The translations under genes were made by a program, and so were the position numbers. A stretch of DNA of 64,000 nucleotides, from contig OZ024741.1 of NCBI GenBank assembly GCA_964016885.1, positions 28,334,001 through 28,398,000 on the forward strand. Direction: 5' to 3'. The notes beneath the pieces were generated by a model that had not been told where the DNA came from, did no database searches, and was given only the letters and a program-made list of their open reading frames with translations. Position 1 is the stretch's first letter, and each line of letters begins with the position of its first letter. Source of the DNA: Eledone cirrhosa (Eukaryota). Of this stretch, positions 15,080 to 30,200 are shown piece after piece.

Positions 15080-18000
15080 GTCAGTCTTACTAGAGTGTAG
15101 GTTATTGGTAGATAACTGGTATATATAAGGATATAACTACACATAGATACTGTCAGTGGTACTATAGTGTAGGTTATTGGTAGATCACTGGTATATATAG
15201 GGATATAACTACACATAGATACTGTCAGTGGTAGTACAGTGTAGGTTATTGGTATATAACTGGTATATATAGGGATATAACTACATATAGATACTGTCAG
15301 TGGTACTACAGTGTAGGTTATTGGTATATAACTGGTATATATAGAGATATAACTACATATACAGATACTGTCAGTCTTACTACAGTGTAGTTTATTGGTA
15401 GATAACTGGTATATATAGGGATATAACTACATATAGATACTGTCAGTGGTACTACAGTGTAGGTTATTGGTATATAACTGGTATATATAGGGATATAACT
15501 ACATACAGATACTGTCAGTGGTACTACAGTGTAGGTTATTGGTATATAACTGGTATATATAGGGATATAACTACATATAGATAATGTCAGTGGTACTACA
15601 GTGTAGGTTATTGGTAGATAACTGGTATATATAAGGATATAACTACACATAGACACTGTCAGTGGTACTATAGTGTAGGTTATTGGTAGATCACTGGTAT
15701 ATATAGGGATATAATTACACATAGATACTGTCAGTGGTACTATAGTGTAGGTTATTGGTATATAACTGGTATATATAGAGATATAACTACATATACAGAT
15801 ACTGTCAGTCTTACTACAGTGTAGTTTATTGGTAGATAACTGGTATATATAGGGATATAACTACATATAGATACTGTCAGTGGTACTACAGTGTAGGTTA
15901 TTGGTAGATAACGGTTATATATAGGGACATAACTACATATAGATACTGTCAGTGGTACTACAGTGTAGGTTATTGGTATATAACTGGTATATATAGGGAT
16001 ATAACTACATATAGATACTGTCAGTGGTACTACAGTGTAGGTTATTGGTATATAACTGGTATATATAGGGATATAACTACATATACAGGTACTGTCAGTC
16101 TTACTACAGTGTAGGTTATTGGTATATAACTGATATATATAGAGATATAACTACATATACAGATACTGTCAGTCTTACTACAGTGTAGGTTATTGGTAGA
16201 TAACTGGTATATATAGGGATATAACTACATATAGATACTGTCAGTGTTACTACAGTGTAGGTTATTGGTATATAACTGGTATATATAGGGATATAACTAC
16301 ATATAGATACTGTCAGTGGTACTACAGTGTAGGTTATTGGTAGATAACTGGTATATATAGGGATATAACTACACATAGATAGTGTCAGTCTTACTAGAGT
16401 GTAGGTTATTGGTAGATAACTGGTATATATAAGGATATAACTACACATAGACACTGTCAGTGGTACTATAGTGTAGGTTATTGGTAGATCACTGGTATAT
16501 ATAGGGATATAACTACACATAGATACTGTCAGTGGTACTACAGTGTAGGTTATTGGTATATAACTGGCATATATAGGGATATAACTACATATAGATACTG
16601 TCAGTGGTACTACAGTGTAGGTTATTGGTATATAACTTGTATATATAGGGATATAACTACATATAGATACTGTCAGTGGTACTACAGTGTAAGTTATTGG
16701 TATATAATTGGTATATATAGGGATATAACTACATATAGATACTGTCAGTGGTACTACAGTGTAGTTTATTGGTAGATAACTGGTATATATAGGGATATAA
16801 CTACATATAGATACTGTCAGTGGTACTACAGTGTAGGTTATTGGTATATAACTGGTATATATAGGGATATAACTACATATAGATACTGTCAGTGGTACTA
16901 CAGTGTAGGTTATTGGTATATAACTGGTATATATAGGGATATAACTATACATAGATACTGTCAGTGGTACTACAGTGTAGGTTATTGGTAGATAACTGGT
17001 AAATATAGGGATATAACTACACATAGATACTGATAGTGGTACTACAGTGTAGGTTATTGGTATATAACTGGTATATATATGGATATAACTACATATAGAT
17101 GCTGTCAGTGGTACTACAGTGTAGGTTATTGGTAGATAACTGGTATATATAGGGATATAACTACATATAGATACTGTCAGTGGTACTACAGTGTAGGTTA
17201 TTGGTACATAACTAGTATATATTGGGATATAACTACACATAGATACTGACAGTGGTACTACAATGTAGGTAATTGGTATATAACTGGTATATATAGGGAT
17301 ATAACTACATATAGATACTGTCAGTGGTACTACAGTGTAGGTTATTGGTAGATAACTGGTATATATAGGGATATAACTACACATAGATACTGTCAGTCTT
17401 ACTAGAGTGTAGGTTATTGGTAGATAACTGGTATATATAAGGATATAACTACACATAGATACTGTCAGTGGTACTATAGTGTAGGTTATTGGTAGATCAC
17501 TGGTATATATAGGGATATAACTACACATAGATACTGTCAGTGGTAGTACAGTGTAGGTTATTGGTATATAACTGGTATATATAGGGATATAACTACATAT
17601 AGATACTGTCAGTGGTACTACAGTGTAGGTTATTGGTATATAAGTGGTATATATAGAGATATAACTACATATACAGATACTGTCAGTCTTACTACAGTGT
17701 AGTTTATTGGTAGATAACTGGTATATATAGGGATATAACTACATATAGATACTGTCAGTGGTACTACAGTGTATGTTATTGGTATATAACTGGTATATAT
17801 AGGGATATAACTACATACAGATACTGTCAGTGGTACTACAGTGTAGGTTATTGGTATATAACTGGTATATATAAGGATATAACTACATATACAGGTACTG
17901 TCAGTCTTACTACAGTGTAGGTTATTGGTATATAACTGATATATATAGAGATATAACTACATATACAGATACTGTCAGTCTTACTACAGTGTAGGTTATT

Positions 18001-21000
18001 GGTAGATAACTGCTATATATAGGGATATAACTACATATAGATACTGTCAGTGGTACTACAGTGTAGGTTATTGGTATATAACTGGTATATATAGGGATAT
18101 AACTACATATAGATACTGTCAGTGGTACTACAGTGTAGGTTATTGGTATATAACTGGTATATATAGGGATATAACTACATATACAGATACTGTCAGTCTT
18201 ACTACAGTGTAGGTTATTGGTAGATAACTTGTATATATAGGGATATAACTATATATAGATACTGTCAGTGGTACTACAGTGTAGGTTATTGGTATATAAC
18301 TGGTATATATAGGGATATAACTACATATAGATACTGTCAGTGGTACTACAGTGTAGGTTATTGGTATATAACTGGTATATATAGTGATATAACTACATAC
18401 AGATACTGTCAGTCTTACTAGAGTGTAGGTTATTGGTAGATAACTGGTATATATAAGGATATAACTACACATAGATACTGTCAGTGGTACTATAGTGTAG
18501 GTTATTGGTAGATCACTGGTATATATAGGGATATAACTACACATAGATACTGTCAGTGGTAGTACAGTGTAGGTTATTGGTATATAACTGGTATATATAG
18601 GGATATAACTACATATAGATACTGTCAGTGGTACTACAGTGTAGGTTATTGGTATATAACTGGTATATATAGAGATATAACTACATATACAGATACTGTC
18701 AGTCTTACTACAGTGTAGTTTATTGGTAGATAACTGGTATATATAGGGATATAACTACATATAGATACTGTCAGTGGTACTACAGTGTAGGTTATTGGTA
18801 TATAACTGGTATATATAGGGATATAACTACATACAGATACTGTCAGTGGTACTACAGTGTAGGTTATTGGTATATAACTGGTATATATAGGGATATAACT
18901 ACATATAGATAATGTCAGTGGTACTACAGTGTAGGTTATTGGTAGATAACTGGTATATATAAGGATATAACTACACATAGACACTGTCAGTGGTACTACA
19001 GTGTAGGTTATTGGTAGATCACTGGTATATATAGGGATATAATTACACATAGATACTGTCAGTGGTACTATAGTGTAGGTTATTGGTATATAACTGGTAT
19101 ATATAGAGATATAACTACATATACAGATACTGTCAGTCTTACTACATTGTAGTTTATTGGTAGATAACTGGTATATATAGGGATATAACTACATATAGAT
19201 ACTGTCAGTGGTACTACAGTGTAGGTTATTGGTAGATAACGGTTATATATAGGGACATAACTACATATAGATACTGTCAGTGGTACTACAGTGTAGGTTA
19301 TTGGTATATAACTGGTATATATAGGGATATAACTACATATAGATACTGTCAGTGGTACTACAGTGTAGGTTATTGGTATATAACTGGTATATATAGGGAT
19401 ATAACTACATATACAGGTACTGTCAGTCTTACTACAGTGTAGGTTATTGGTATATAACTGATATATATAGAGATATAACTACATATACAGATACTGTCAG
19501 TCTTACTACAGTGTAGGTTATTGGTAGATAACTGGTATATATAGGGATATAACTACATATAGATACTGTCAGTGTTACTACAGTGTAGGTTATTGGTATA
19601 TAACTGGTATATATAGGGATATAACTACATATAGATACTGTCAGTGGTACTACAGTGTAGGTTATTGGTAGATAACTGGTATATATAGGGATATAACTAC
19701 ACATAGATAGTGTCAGTCTTACTAGAGTGTAGGTTATTGGTAGATAACTGGTATATATAAGGATATAACTACACATAGACACTGTCAGTGGTACTATAGT
19801 GTAGGTTATTGGTAGATCACTGGTATATATAGGGATATAACTACACATAGATACTGTCAGTGGTACTACAGTGTAGGTTATTGGTATATAACTGGCATAT
19901 ATAGGGATATAACTACATATAGATACTGTCAGTGGTACTACAGTGTAGGTTATTGGTATATAACTTGTATATATAGGGATATAACTACATATAGATACTG
20001 TCAGTGGTACTACAGTGTAAGTTATTGGTATATAATTGGTATATATAGGGATATAACTACATATAGATACTGTCAGTGGTACTACAGTGTAGTTTATTGG
20101 TAGATAACTGGTATATATAGGGATATAACTACATATAGATACTGTCAGTGGTACTACAGTGTAGGTTATTGGTAGATAACTGGTATATATAGGGACATAA
20201 CTACATATAGATACTGTCAGTGGTACTACAGTGTAGGTTATTGGTATATAACTGGTATATATAGGGATATAACTACATATAGATACTGTCAGTGGTACTA
20301 CAGTGTAGGTTATTGGTATATAACTGGTATATATAGGGATATAACTATACATAGATACTGTCAGTGGTACTACAGTGTAGGTTATTGGTATATAACTGGT
20401 AAATATAGGGATATAACTACACATAGATACTGATAGTGGTACTACAGTGTAGGTTATTGGTATATAACTGGTATATATATGGATATAACTACATATAGAT
20501 GCTGTCAGTGGTACTACAGTGTAGGTTATTGGTAGATAACTGGTATATATAGGGATATAACTACATATAGATACTGTCAGTGGTACTACAGTGTAGGTTA
20601 TTGGTACATAACTAGTATATATTGGGATATAACTACACATAGATACTGACAGTGGTACTACAATGTAGGTAATTGGTATATAACTGGTATATATAGGGAT
20701 ATAACTACATATAGATACTGTCAGTGGTACTACAGTGTAGGTTATTGGTAGATAACTGGTATATATAGGGATATAACTACACATAGATACTGTCAGTCTT
20801 ACTAGAGTGTAGGTTATTGGTAGATAACTGGTATATATAAGGATATAACTACACATAGATACTGTCAGTGGTACTATAGTGTAGGTTATTGGTAGATCAC
20901 TGGTATATATAGGGATATAACTACACATAGATACTGTCAGTGGTAGTACAGTGTAGGTTATTGGTATATAACTGGTATATATAGGGATATAACTACATAT

Positions 21001-21200
21001 AGATACTGTCAGTGGTACTACAGTGTAGGTTATTGGTATATAACTGGTATATATAGAGATATAACTACATATACAGATACTGTCAGTCTTACTACAGTGT
21101 AGTTTATTGGTAGATAACTGGTATATATAGGGATATAACTACATATAGATACTGTCAGTGGTACTACAGTGTAGGTTATTGGTATATAACTGGTATATAT
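15080..21200. repeat. Duplication with offset 3328 bp, becoming 3400 bp after gain of one monomer
   Basis: ORFs 15318..15722 vs 18646..19050 are offset by 3328. ORFs 16116..17528 (470 aa) vs 19444..20928 (494 aa) differ by exactly one 24-aa unit. Boundaries are approximate. Confidence 0.85.
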
Positions 21201-24200
21201 AGGGATATAACTACATATAGATACTGTCAGTGGTACTACAGTGTAGGTTATTGGTATATAACTGGTATATATAGGGATATAACTACATATACAGATACTG
21301 TCAGTCTTACTACAGTGTAGGTTATTGGTAGATAACTTGTATATATAGGGATATAACTATATATAGATACTGTCAGTGGTACTACAGTGTAGGTTATTGG
21401 TATATAACTGGTATATATAGGGATATAACTACATATAGATACTGTCAGTGGTACTACAGTGTAGGTTATTGGTATATAACTGGTATATATAGTGATATAA
21501 CTACATACAGATACTGTCAGTGGTACTACAGTGTAGGTTATTGGCAGATAACTGGCATATATAGGGATATAACTACATATAGATACTGTCAGTGGTATTA
21601 AAGTGTAGGTTATTGGTATATAACTGGTATATATAGGGATATAACTACATACAGATACTGTCAGTGGTACTACAGTGTAGGTTATTGGTATATAACTGGT
21701 ATATATAGGGATATAACTACACATAGATACTGTCAGTGGTACTACAGTGTAGGTTATTGGTATATAACTGGTATATATAGGGATATTACTACATATAGAT
21801 ACTGTCAGTGGTACTACAGTGTAGGTTATTGGTAGATAACTGGTACATATAGAGATATAACTACACATAGATACTGTCAGTGGTACTACAGTGTAGGTTA
21901 TTGGTAGATAACTGGTATATATAGGGATATAACTACACATAGATACTGACAGTGGTACTACAGTGTAGGTTATTGGTAGATAACTGGTATATATATATAT
22001 GGATATAACTACATATAGATACTGTCAGTGGTACTACAGTCTAGGTTATTGGTAGATAACTGGTATATATAGGGATATAACTACATATAGATACTGTCAG
22101 TGGCACTACAGTGTAGGTTATTGGAAGATAACTGGTATATATAGGGATATAACTACATATAGATACTGACAGTGGTACTACAGTGTAGGTTATTGGTAGA
22201 TAACTGGTATATATAGGGACATAAATACATATAGATACTGTCTGTGGTACTACAGTCTAGGTTATTGGTAGATAACTGGTATATATAGGGATATAACTAC
22301 AAATTGATACTGTCAGTGGTACTACAGTGTAGGTTATTGGTAGAGAACTGGTATATATAGGGATATAACTACATAGATATACTGTCAGTGGTACTACAGT
22401 GTAGGTTATTGGTATATAACTGGTATATATAGGGATATAACTACACATAGATACTGTCAGTGGTACTACAGTGTAGGTTATTGGTAGATAACTGGTATAT
22501 ATAGGGATATAACTACACATAGATACTGTCAGTGGTACTACAGTGTAGGATATTGGTATATAACTGGAATATATAGGGATATAACTACACATAGATACTG
22601 TCAGTGGTACTACAGTGTAGGTTATTGGTATATAACTGGTATATATAGGATTATAACTACATATAGATACTGTCAGTGGTACTATAGTGTAGGTTATTGG
22701 TAGATAACTGGTATATATCTGGATATAACTACATATAGATACTGTCAGTGGTACTACAGTGTAGGTTATTGGTAGATAACTGGTATATATAGGGATATTA
22801 CTACATATAGATACTGTCAGTGGTACTACAGTGTAGGTTATTGGTATATAACTAGTATATATAGGGATATAACTACACATAGATACTGACAGTGGTACTA
22901 TAATGTAGGTAATTGGTATATAACTGGTATATATAGGGATATAACTACATATAGATACTGTCAGTGGTACTACAGTGTAGGTTATTGGTAGATAACTGGT
23001 ATATATAGGGATATAACTACACATAGATACTGTCAGTCTTACTAGAGTGTAGGTTATTGGTAGATAACTGGTATATATAAGGATATAACTACACATAGAT
23101 ACTGTCAGTGGTACTATAGTGTAGGTTATTGGTAGATCACTGGTATATATAGGGATATAACTACACATAGATACTGTCAGTGGTAGTACAGTGTAGGTTA
23201 TTGGTATATAACTGGTATATATAGTGATATAACTACATATAGATACTGTCAGTGGTACTACAGTGTAGGTTATTGGTATATAACTGGTATATATAGAGAT
23301 ATAACTACATATACAGATACTGTCAGTCTTACTACAGTGTAGTTTATTGGTAGATAACTGGTATATATAGGGATATAACTACATATAGATACTGTCAGTG
23401 GTACTACAGTGTAGGTTATTGGTATATAACTGGTATATATAGGGATATAACTACATACAGATACTGTCAGTGGTACTACAGTGTAGGTTATTGGTATATA
23501 ACTGGTATATATAGGGATATAACTACATATACAGGTACTCTCAGTCTTACTACAGTGTAGGTTATTGGTATATAACTGATATATATAGAGATATAACTAC
23601 ATATACAGATACTGTCAGTCTTACTACAGTGTAGGTTATTGGTAGATAACTGGTATATATAGGGATATAACTACATATAGATACTGTCAGTGGTACTATA
23701 GTGTAGGTTATTGGTATATAACTGGTATATATAGGGATATAACTACATATAGATACTGTCAGTGGTACTACAGTGTAGGTTATTGGTATATAACTGGTAT
23801 ATATAGGGATATAACTACATATACAGATACTGTCAGTCTTACTACAGTGTAGGTTATTGGTAGATAACTTGTATATATAGGGATATAACTATATATAGAT
23901 ACTGTCAGTGGTACTACAGTGTAGGTTATTGGTATATAACTGGTATGTATAGGGACATAACTACATATAGATACTGTCAGTGGTACTACAGTGTAGGTTA
24001 TTGGTATATAACTGGTATATATAGTGATATAACTACATACAGATACTGTCAGTGGTACTACAGTGTAGGTTATTGGTAGATAACTGGCATATATAGGGAT
24101 ATAACTACATATAGATACTGTCAGTGGTATTAAAGTGTAGGTTATTGGTATATAACTGGTATATATAGGGATATAACTACATACAGATACTGTCAGTGGT

Positions 24201-27200
24201 ACTACAGTGTAGGTTATTGGTATATAACTGGTATATATAGGGATATAACTACACATAGATACTGTCAGTGGTACTACAGTGTAGGTTATTGGTATATAAC
24301 TGGTATATATAGGGATATTACTACATATAGATACTGTCAGTGGTACTACAGTGTAGGTTATTGGTAGATAACTGGTATATATAGAGATATAACTACACAT
24401 AGATACTGTCAGTGGTACTACAGTGTAGGTTATTGGTAGATAACTGGTATATATAGGGATATAACTACACATAGATACTGACAGTGGTACTACAGTGTAG
24501 GTTATTGGTAGATAACTGGTATATATATATATGGATATAACTACATATAGATACTGTCAGTGGTACTACAGTCTAGGTTATTGGTAGATAACTGGTATAT
24601 ATAGGGATATAACTACATATAGATACTGTCAGTGGCACTACAGTGTAGGTTATTGGAAGATAACTGGTATATATAGGGATATAACTACATATAGATACTG
24701 ACAGTGGTACTACAGTGTAGGTTATTGGTAGATAACTGGTATATATAGGGACATAAATACATATAGATACTGTCAGTGGTACTACAGTCTAGGTTATTGG
24801 TAGATAACTGGTATATATAGGGATATAACTACAAATTGATACTGTCAGTGGTACTACAGTGTAGGTTATTGGTAGAGAACTGGTATATATAGGGATATAA
24901 CTACATAGATATACTGTCAGTGGTACTACAGTGTAGGTTATTGGTATATAACTGGTATATATAGGGATATAACTACACATAGATACTGTCAGTGGTACTA
25001 CAGTGTAGGTTATTGGTAGATAACTGGTATATATAGGGATATAACTACATAGAGATACTGTCAGTGGTACTACAGTGTAGGTTATTGGTAGATAACTGGT
25101 ATATATAGGGATATAACTACACATAGATACTGTCAGTGGTACTACAGTGTAGGATATTGGTATATAACTGGAATATATAGGGATATAACTACACATAGAT
25201 ACTGTCAGTGGTACTACAGTGTAGGTTATTGGTATATAACTGGTATATATAGGATTATAACTACATATAGATACTGTCAGTGGTACTATAGTGTAGGTTA
25301 TTGGTAGATAACTGGTATATATCTGGATATAACTACATATAGATACTGTCAGTGGTACTACAGTGTAGGTTATTGGTAGATAACTGGTATATATAGGGAT
25401 ATTACTACATATAGATACTGTCAGTGGTACCACAGTGTAGGTTATTGGTATATAACTGGTATATAAAGGGATATAACTACATATAGATACTGTCAGTGGT
25501 ACTACAGTGTAGGTTATTGGTATATAACTGGTATATATAGGGATATAACTACATACAGATACTGTCAGTGGTATTACAGTGTAGCTTATTCGTATATAAC
25601 TGGTATATATAGGGATATAACTACATACAGATACTGTCAGTGGTACTACAGTGTAGGTTATTGGTATATAACTGGTATATATAGTGATATAACTACACAT
25701 AGATACTGACAGTGGTACTACAGTGTAGGTTATTGGTAGATAACTGGTATATATAGGGATATAACTACATATAGATACTGTCAGTGGTACAACAGTGTAG
25801 GTTATTGGTATATAACTGGTATATATAGGGATATAACTACATATAGATACTGACAGTGGTACTAGAGTGTAGGTTATTGGTATATAACTGGTATATATAG
25901 GGATATATCTCCACATATATACTGACAGTGGTACTACAGTGTAGGTTATTGGTATATAACTGGTATATATAGGGATATAACTACACATAGATACTGTCAG
26001 TGGTACTACAGTGTAGGTTATTGGTATATAAGTGGTATATATAGAGATATAACTACATATACAGATACTGTCAGTCTTACTACAGTGTAGTTTATTGGTA
26101 GATAACTGGTATATATAGGGATATAACTACATATAGATACTGTCAGTGGTACTACAGTGTATGTTATTGGTATATAACTGGTATATATAGGGATATAACT
26201 ACATACAGATACTGTCAGTGGTACTACAGTGTAGGTTATTGGTATATAACTGGTATATATAAGGATATAACTACATATACAGGTACTGTCAGTCTTACTA
26301 CAGTGTAGGTTATTGGTATATAACTGATATATATAGAGATATAACTACATATACAGATACTGTCAGTCTTACTACAGTGTAGGTTATTGGTAGATAACTG
26401 CTATATATAGGGATATAACTACATATAGATACTGTCAGTGGTACTACAGTGTAGGTTATTGGTATATAACTGGTATATATAGGGATATAACTACATATAG
26501 ATACTGTCAGTGGTACTACAGTGTAGGTTATTGGTATATAACTGGTATATATAGGGATATAACTACATATACAGATACTGTCAGTCTTACTACAGTGTAG
26601 GTTATTGGTAGATAACTTGTATATATAGGGATATAACTATATATAGATACTGTCAGTGGTACTACAGTGTAGGTTATTGGTATATAACTGGTATATATAG
26701 GGATATAACTACATATAGATACTGTCAGTGGTACTACAGTGTAGGTTATTGGTATATAACTGGTATATATAGTGATATAACTACATACAGATACTGTCAG
26801 TCTTACTAGAGTGTAGGTTATTGGTAGATAACTGGTATATATAAGGATATAACTACACATAGATACTGTCAGTGGTACTATAGTGTAGGTTATTGGTAGA
26901 TCACTGGTATATATAGGGATATAACTACACATAGATACTGTCAGTGGTAGTACAGTGTAGGTTATTGGTATATAACTGGTATATATAGGGATATAACTAC
27001 ATATAGATACTGTCAGTGGTACTACAGTGTAGGTTATTGGTATATAACTGGTATATATAGAGATATAACTACATATACAGATACTGTCAGTCTTACTACA
27101 GTGTAGTTTATTGGTAGATAACTGGTATATATAGGGATATAACTACATATAGATACTGTCAGTGGTACTACAGTGTAGGTTATTGGTATATAACTGGTAT

Positions 27201-30200
27201 ATATAGGGATATAACTACATACAGATACTGTCAGTGGTACTACAGTGTAGGTTATTGGTATATAACTGGTATATATAGGGATATAACTACATATAGATAA
27301 TGTCAGTGGTACTACAGTGTAGGTTATTGGTAGATAACTGGTATATATAAGGATATAACTACACATAGACACTGTCAGTGGTACTACAGTGTAGGTTATT
27401 GGTAGATCACTGGTATATATAGGGATATAATTACACATAGATACTGTCAGTGGTACTATAGTGTAGGTTATTGGTATATAACTGGTATATATAGAGATAT
27501 AACTACATATACAGATACTGTCAGTCTTACTACATTGTAGTTTATTGGTAGATAACTGGTATATATAGGGATATAACTACATATAGATACTGTCAGTGGT
27601 ACTACAGTGTAGGTTATTGGTAGATAACGGTTATATATAGGGACATAACTACATATAGATACTGTCAGTGGTACTACAGTGTAGGTTATTGGTATATAAC
27701 TGGTATATATAGGGATATAACTACATATAGATACTGTCAGTGGTACTACAGTGTAGGTTATTGGTATATAACTGGTATATATAGGGATATAACTACATAT
27801 ACAGGTACTGTCAGTCTTACTACAGTGTAGGTTATTGGTATATAACTGATATATATAGAGATATAACTACATATACAGATACTGTCAGTCTTACTACAGT
27901 GTAGGTTATTGGTAGATAACTGGTATATATAGGGATATAACTACATATAGATACTGTCAGTGTTACTACAGTGTAGGTTATTGGTATATAACTGGTATAT
28001 ATAGGGATATAACTACATATAGATACTGTCAGTGGTACTACAGTGTAGGTTATTGGTAGATAACTGGTATATATAGGGATATAACTACACATAGATAGTG
28101 TCAGTCTTACTAGAGTGTAGGTTATTGGTAGATAACTGGTATATATAAGGATATAACTACACATAGACACTGTCAGTGGTACTATAGTGTAGGTTATTGG
28201 TAGATCACTGGTATATATAGGGATATAACTACACATAGATACTGTCAGTGGTACTACAGTGTAGGTTATTGGTATATAACTGGCATATATAGGGATATAA
28301 CTACATATAGATACTGTCAGTGGTACTACAGTGTAGGTTATTGGTATATAACTTGTATATATAGGGATATAACTACATATAGATACTGTCAGTGGTACTA
28401 CAGTGTAAGTTATTGGTATATAATTGGTATATATAGGGATATAACTACATATAGATACTGTCAGTGGTACTACAGTGTAGTTTATTGGTAGATAACTGGT
28501 ATATATAGGGATATAACTACATATAGATACTGTCAGTGGTACTACAGTGTAGGTTATTGGTAGATAACTGGTATATATAGGGACATAACTACATATAGAT
28601 ACTGTCAGTGGTACTACAGTGTAGGTTATTGGTATATAACTGGTATATATAGGGATATAACTACATATAGATACTGTCAGTGGTACTACAGTGTAGGTTA
28701 TTGGTATATAACTGGTATATATAGGGATATAACTATACATAGATACTGTCAGTGGTACTACAGTGTAGGTTATTGGTATATAACTGGTAAATATAGGGAT
28801 ATAACTACACATAGATACTGATAGTGGTACTACAGTGTAGGTTATTGGTATATAACTGGTATATATATGGATATAACTACATATAGATGCTGTCAGTGGT
28901 ACTACAGTGTAGGTTATTGGTAGATAACTGGTATATATAGGGATATAACTACATATAGATACTGTCAGTGGTACTACAGTGTAGGTTATTGGTACATAAC
29001 TAGTATATATTGGGATATAACTACACATAGATACTGACAGTGGTACTACAATGTAGGTAATTGGTATATAACTGGTATATATAGGGATATAACTACATAT
29101 AGATACTGTCAGTGGTACTACAGTGTAGGTTATTGGTAGATAACTGGTATATATAGGGATATAACTACACATAGATACTGTCAGTCTTACTAGAGTGTAG
29201 GTTATTGGTAGATAACTGGTATATATAAGGATATAACTACACATAGATACTGTCAGTGGTACTATAGTGTAGGTTATTGGTAGATCACTGGTATATATAG
29301 GGATATAACTACACATAGATACTGTCAGTGGTAGTACAGTGTAGGTTATTGGTATATAACTGGTATATATAGGGATATAACTACATATAGATACTGTCAG
29401 TGGTACTACAGTGTAGGTTATTGGTATATAACTGGTATATATAGAGATATAACTACATATACAGATACTGTCAGTCTTACTACAGTGTAGTTTATTGGTA
29501 GATAACTGGTATATATAGGGATATAACTACATATAGATACTGTCAGTGGTACTACAGTGTAGGTTATTGGTATATAACTGGTATATATAGGGATATAACT
29601 ACATATAGATACTGTCAGTGGTACTACAGTGTAGGTTATTGGTATATAACTGGTATATATAGGGATATAACTACATATACAGATACTGTCAGTCTTACTA
29701 CAGTGTAGGTTATTGGTAGATAACTTGTATATATAGGGATATAACTATATATAGATACTGTCAGTGGTACTACAGTGTAGGTTATTGGTATATAACTGGT
29801 ATATATAGGGATATAACTACATATAGATACTGTCAGTGGTACTACAGTGTAGGTTATTGGTATATAACTGGTATATATAGTGATATAACTACATACAGAT
29901 ACTGTCAGTGGTACTACAGTGTAGGTTATTGGCAGATAACTGGCATATATAGGGATATAACTACATATAGATACTGTCAGTGGTATTAAAGTGTAGGTTA
30001 TTGGTATATAACTGGTATATATAGGGATATAACTACATACAGATACTGTCAGTGGTACTACAGTGTAGGTTATTGGTATATAACTGGTATATATAGGGAT
30101 ATAACTACACATAGATACTGTCAGTGGTACTACAGTGTAGGTTATTGGTATATAACTGGTATATATAGGGATATTACTACATATAGATACTGTCAGTGGT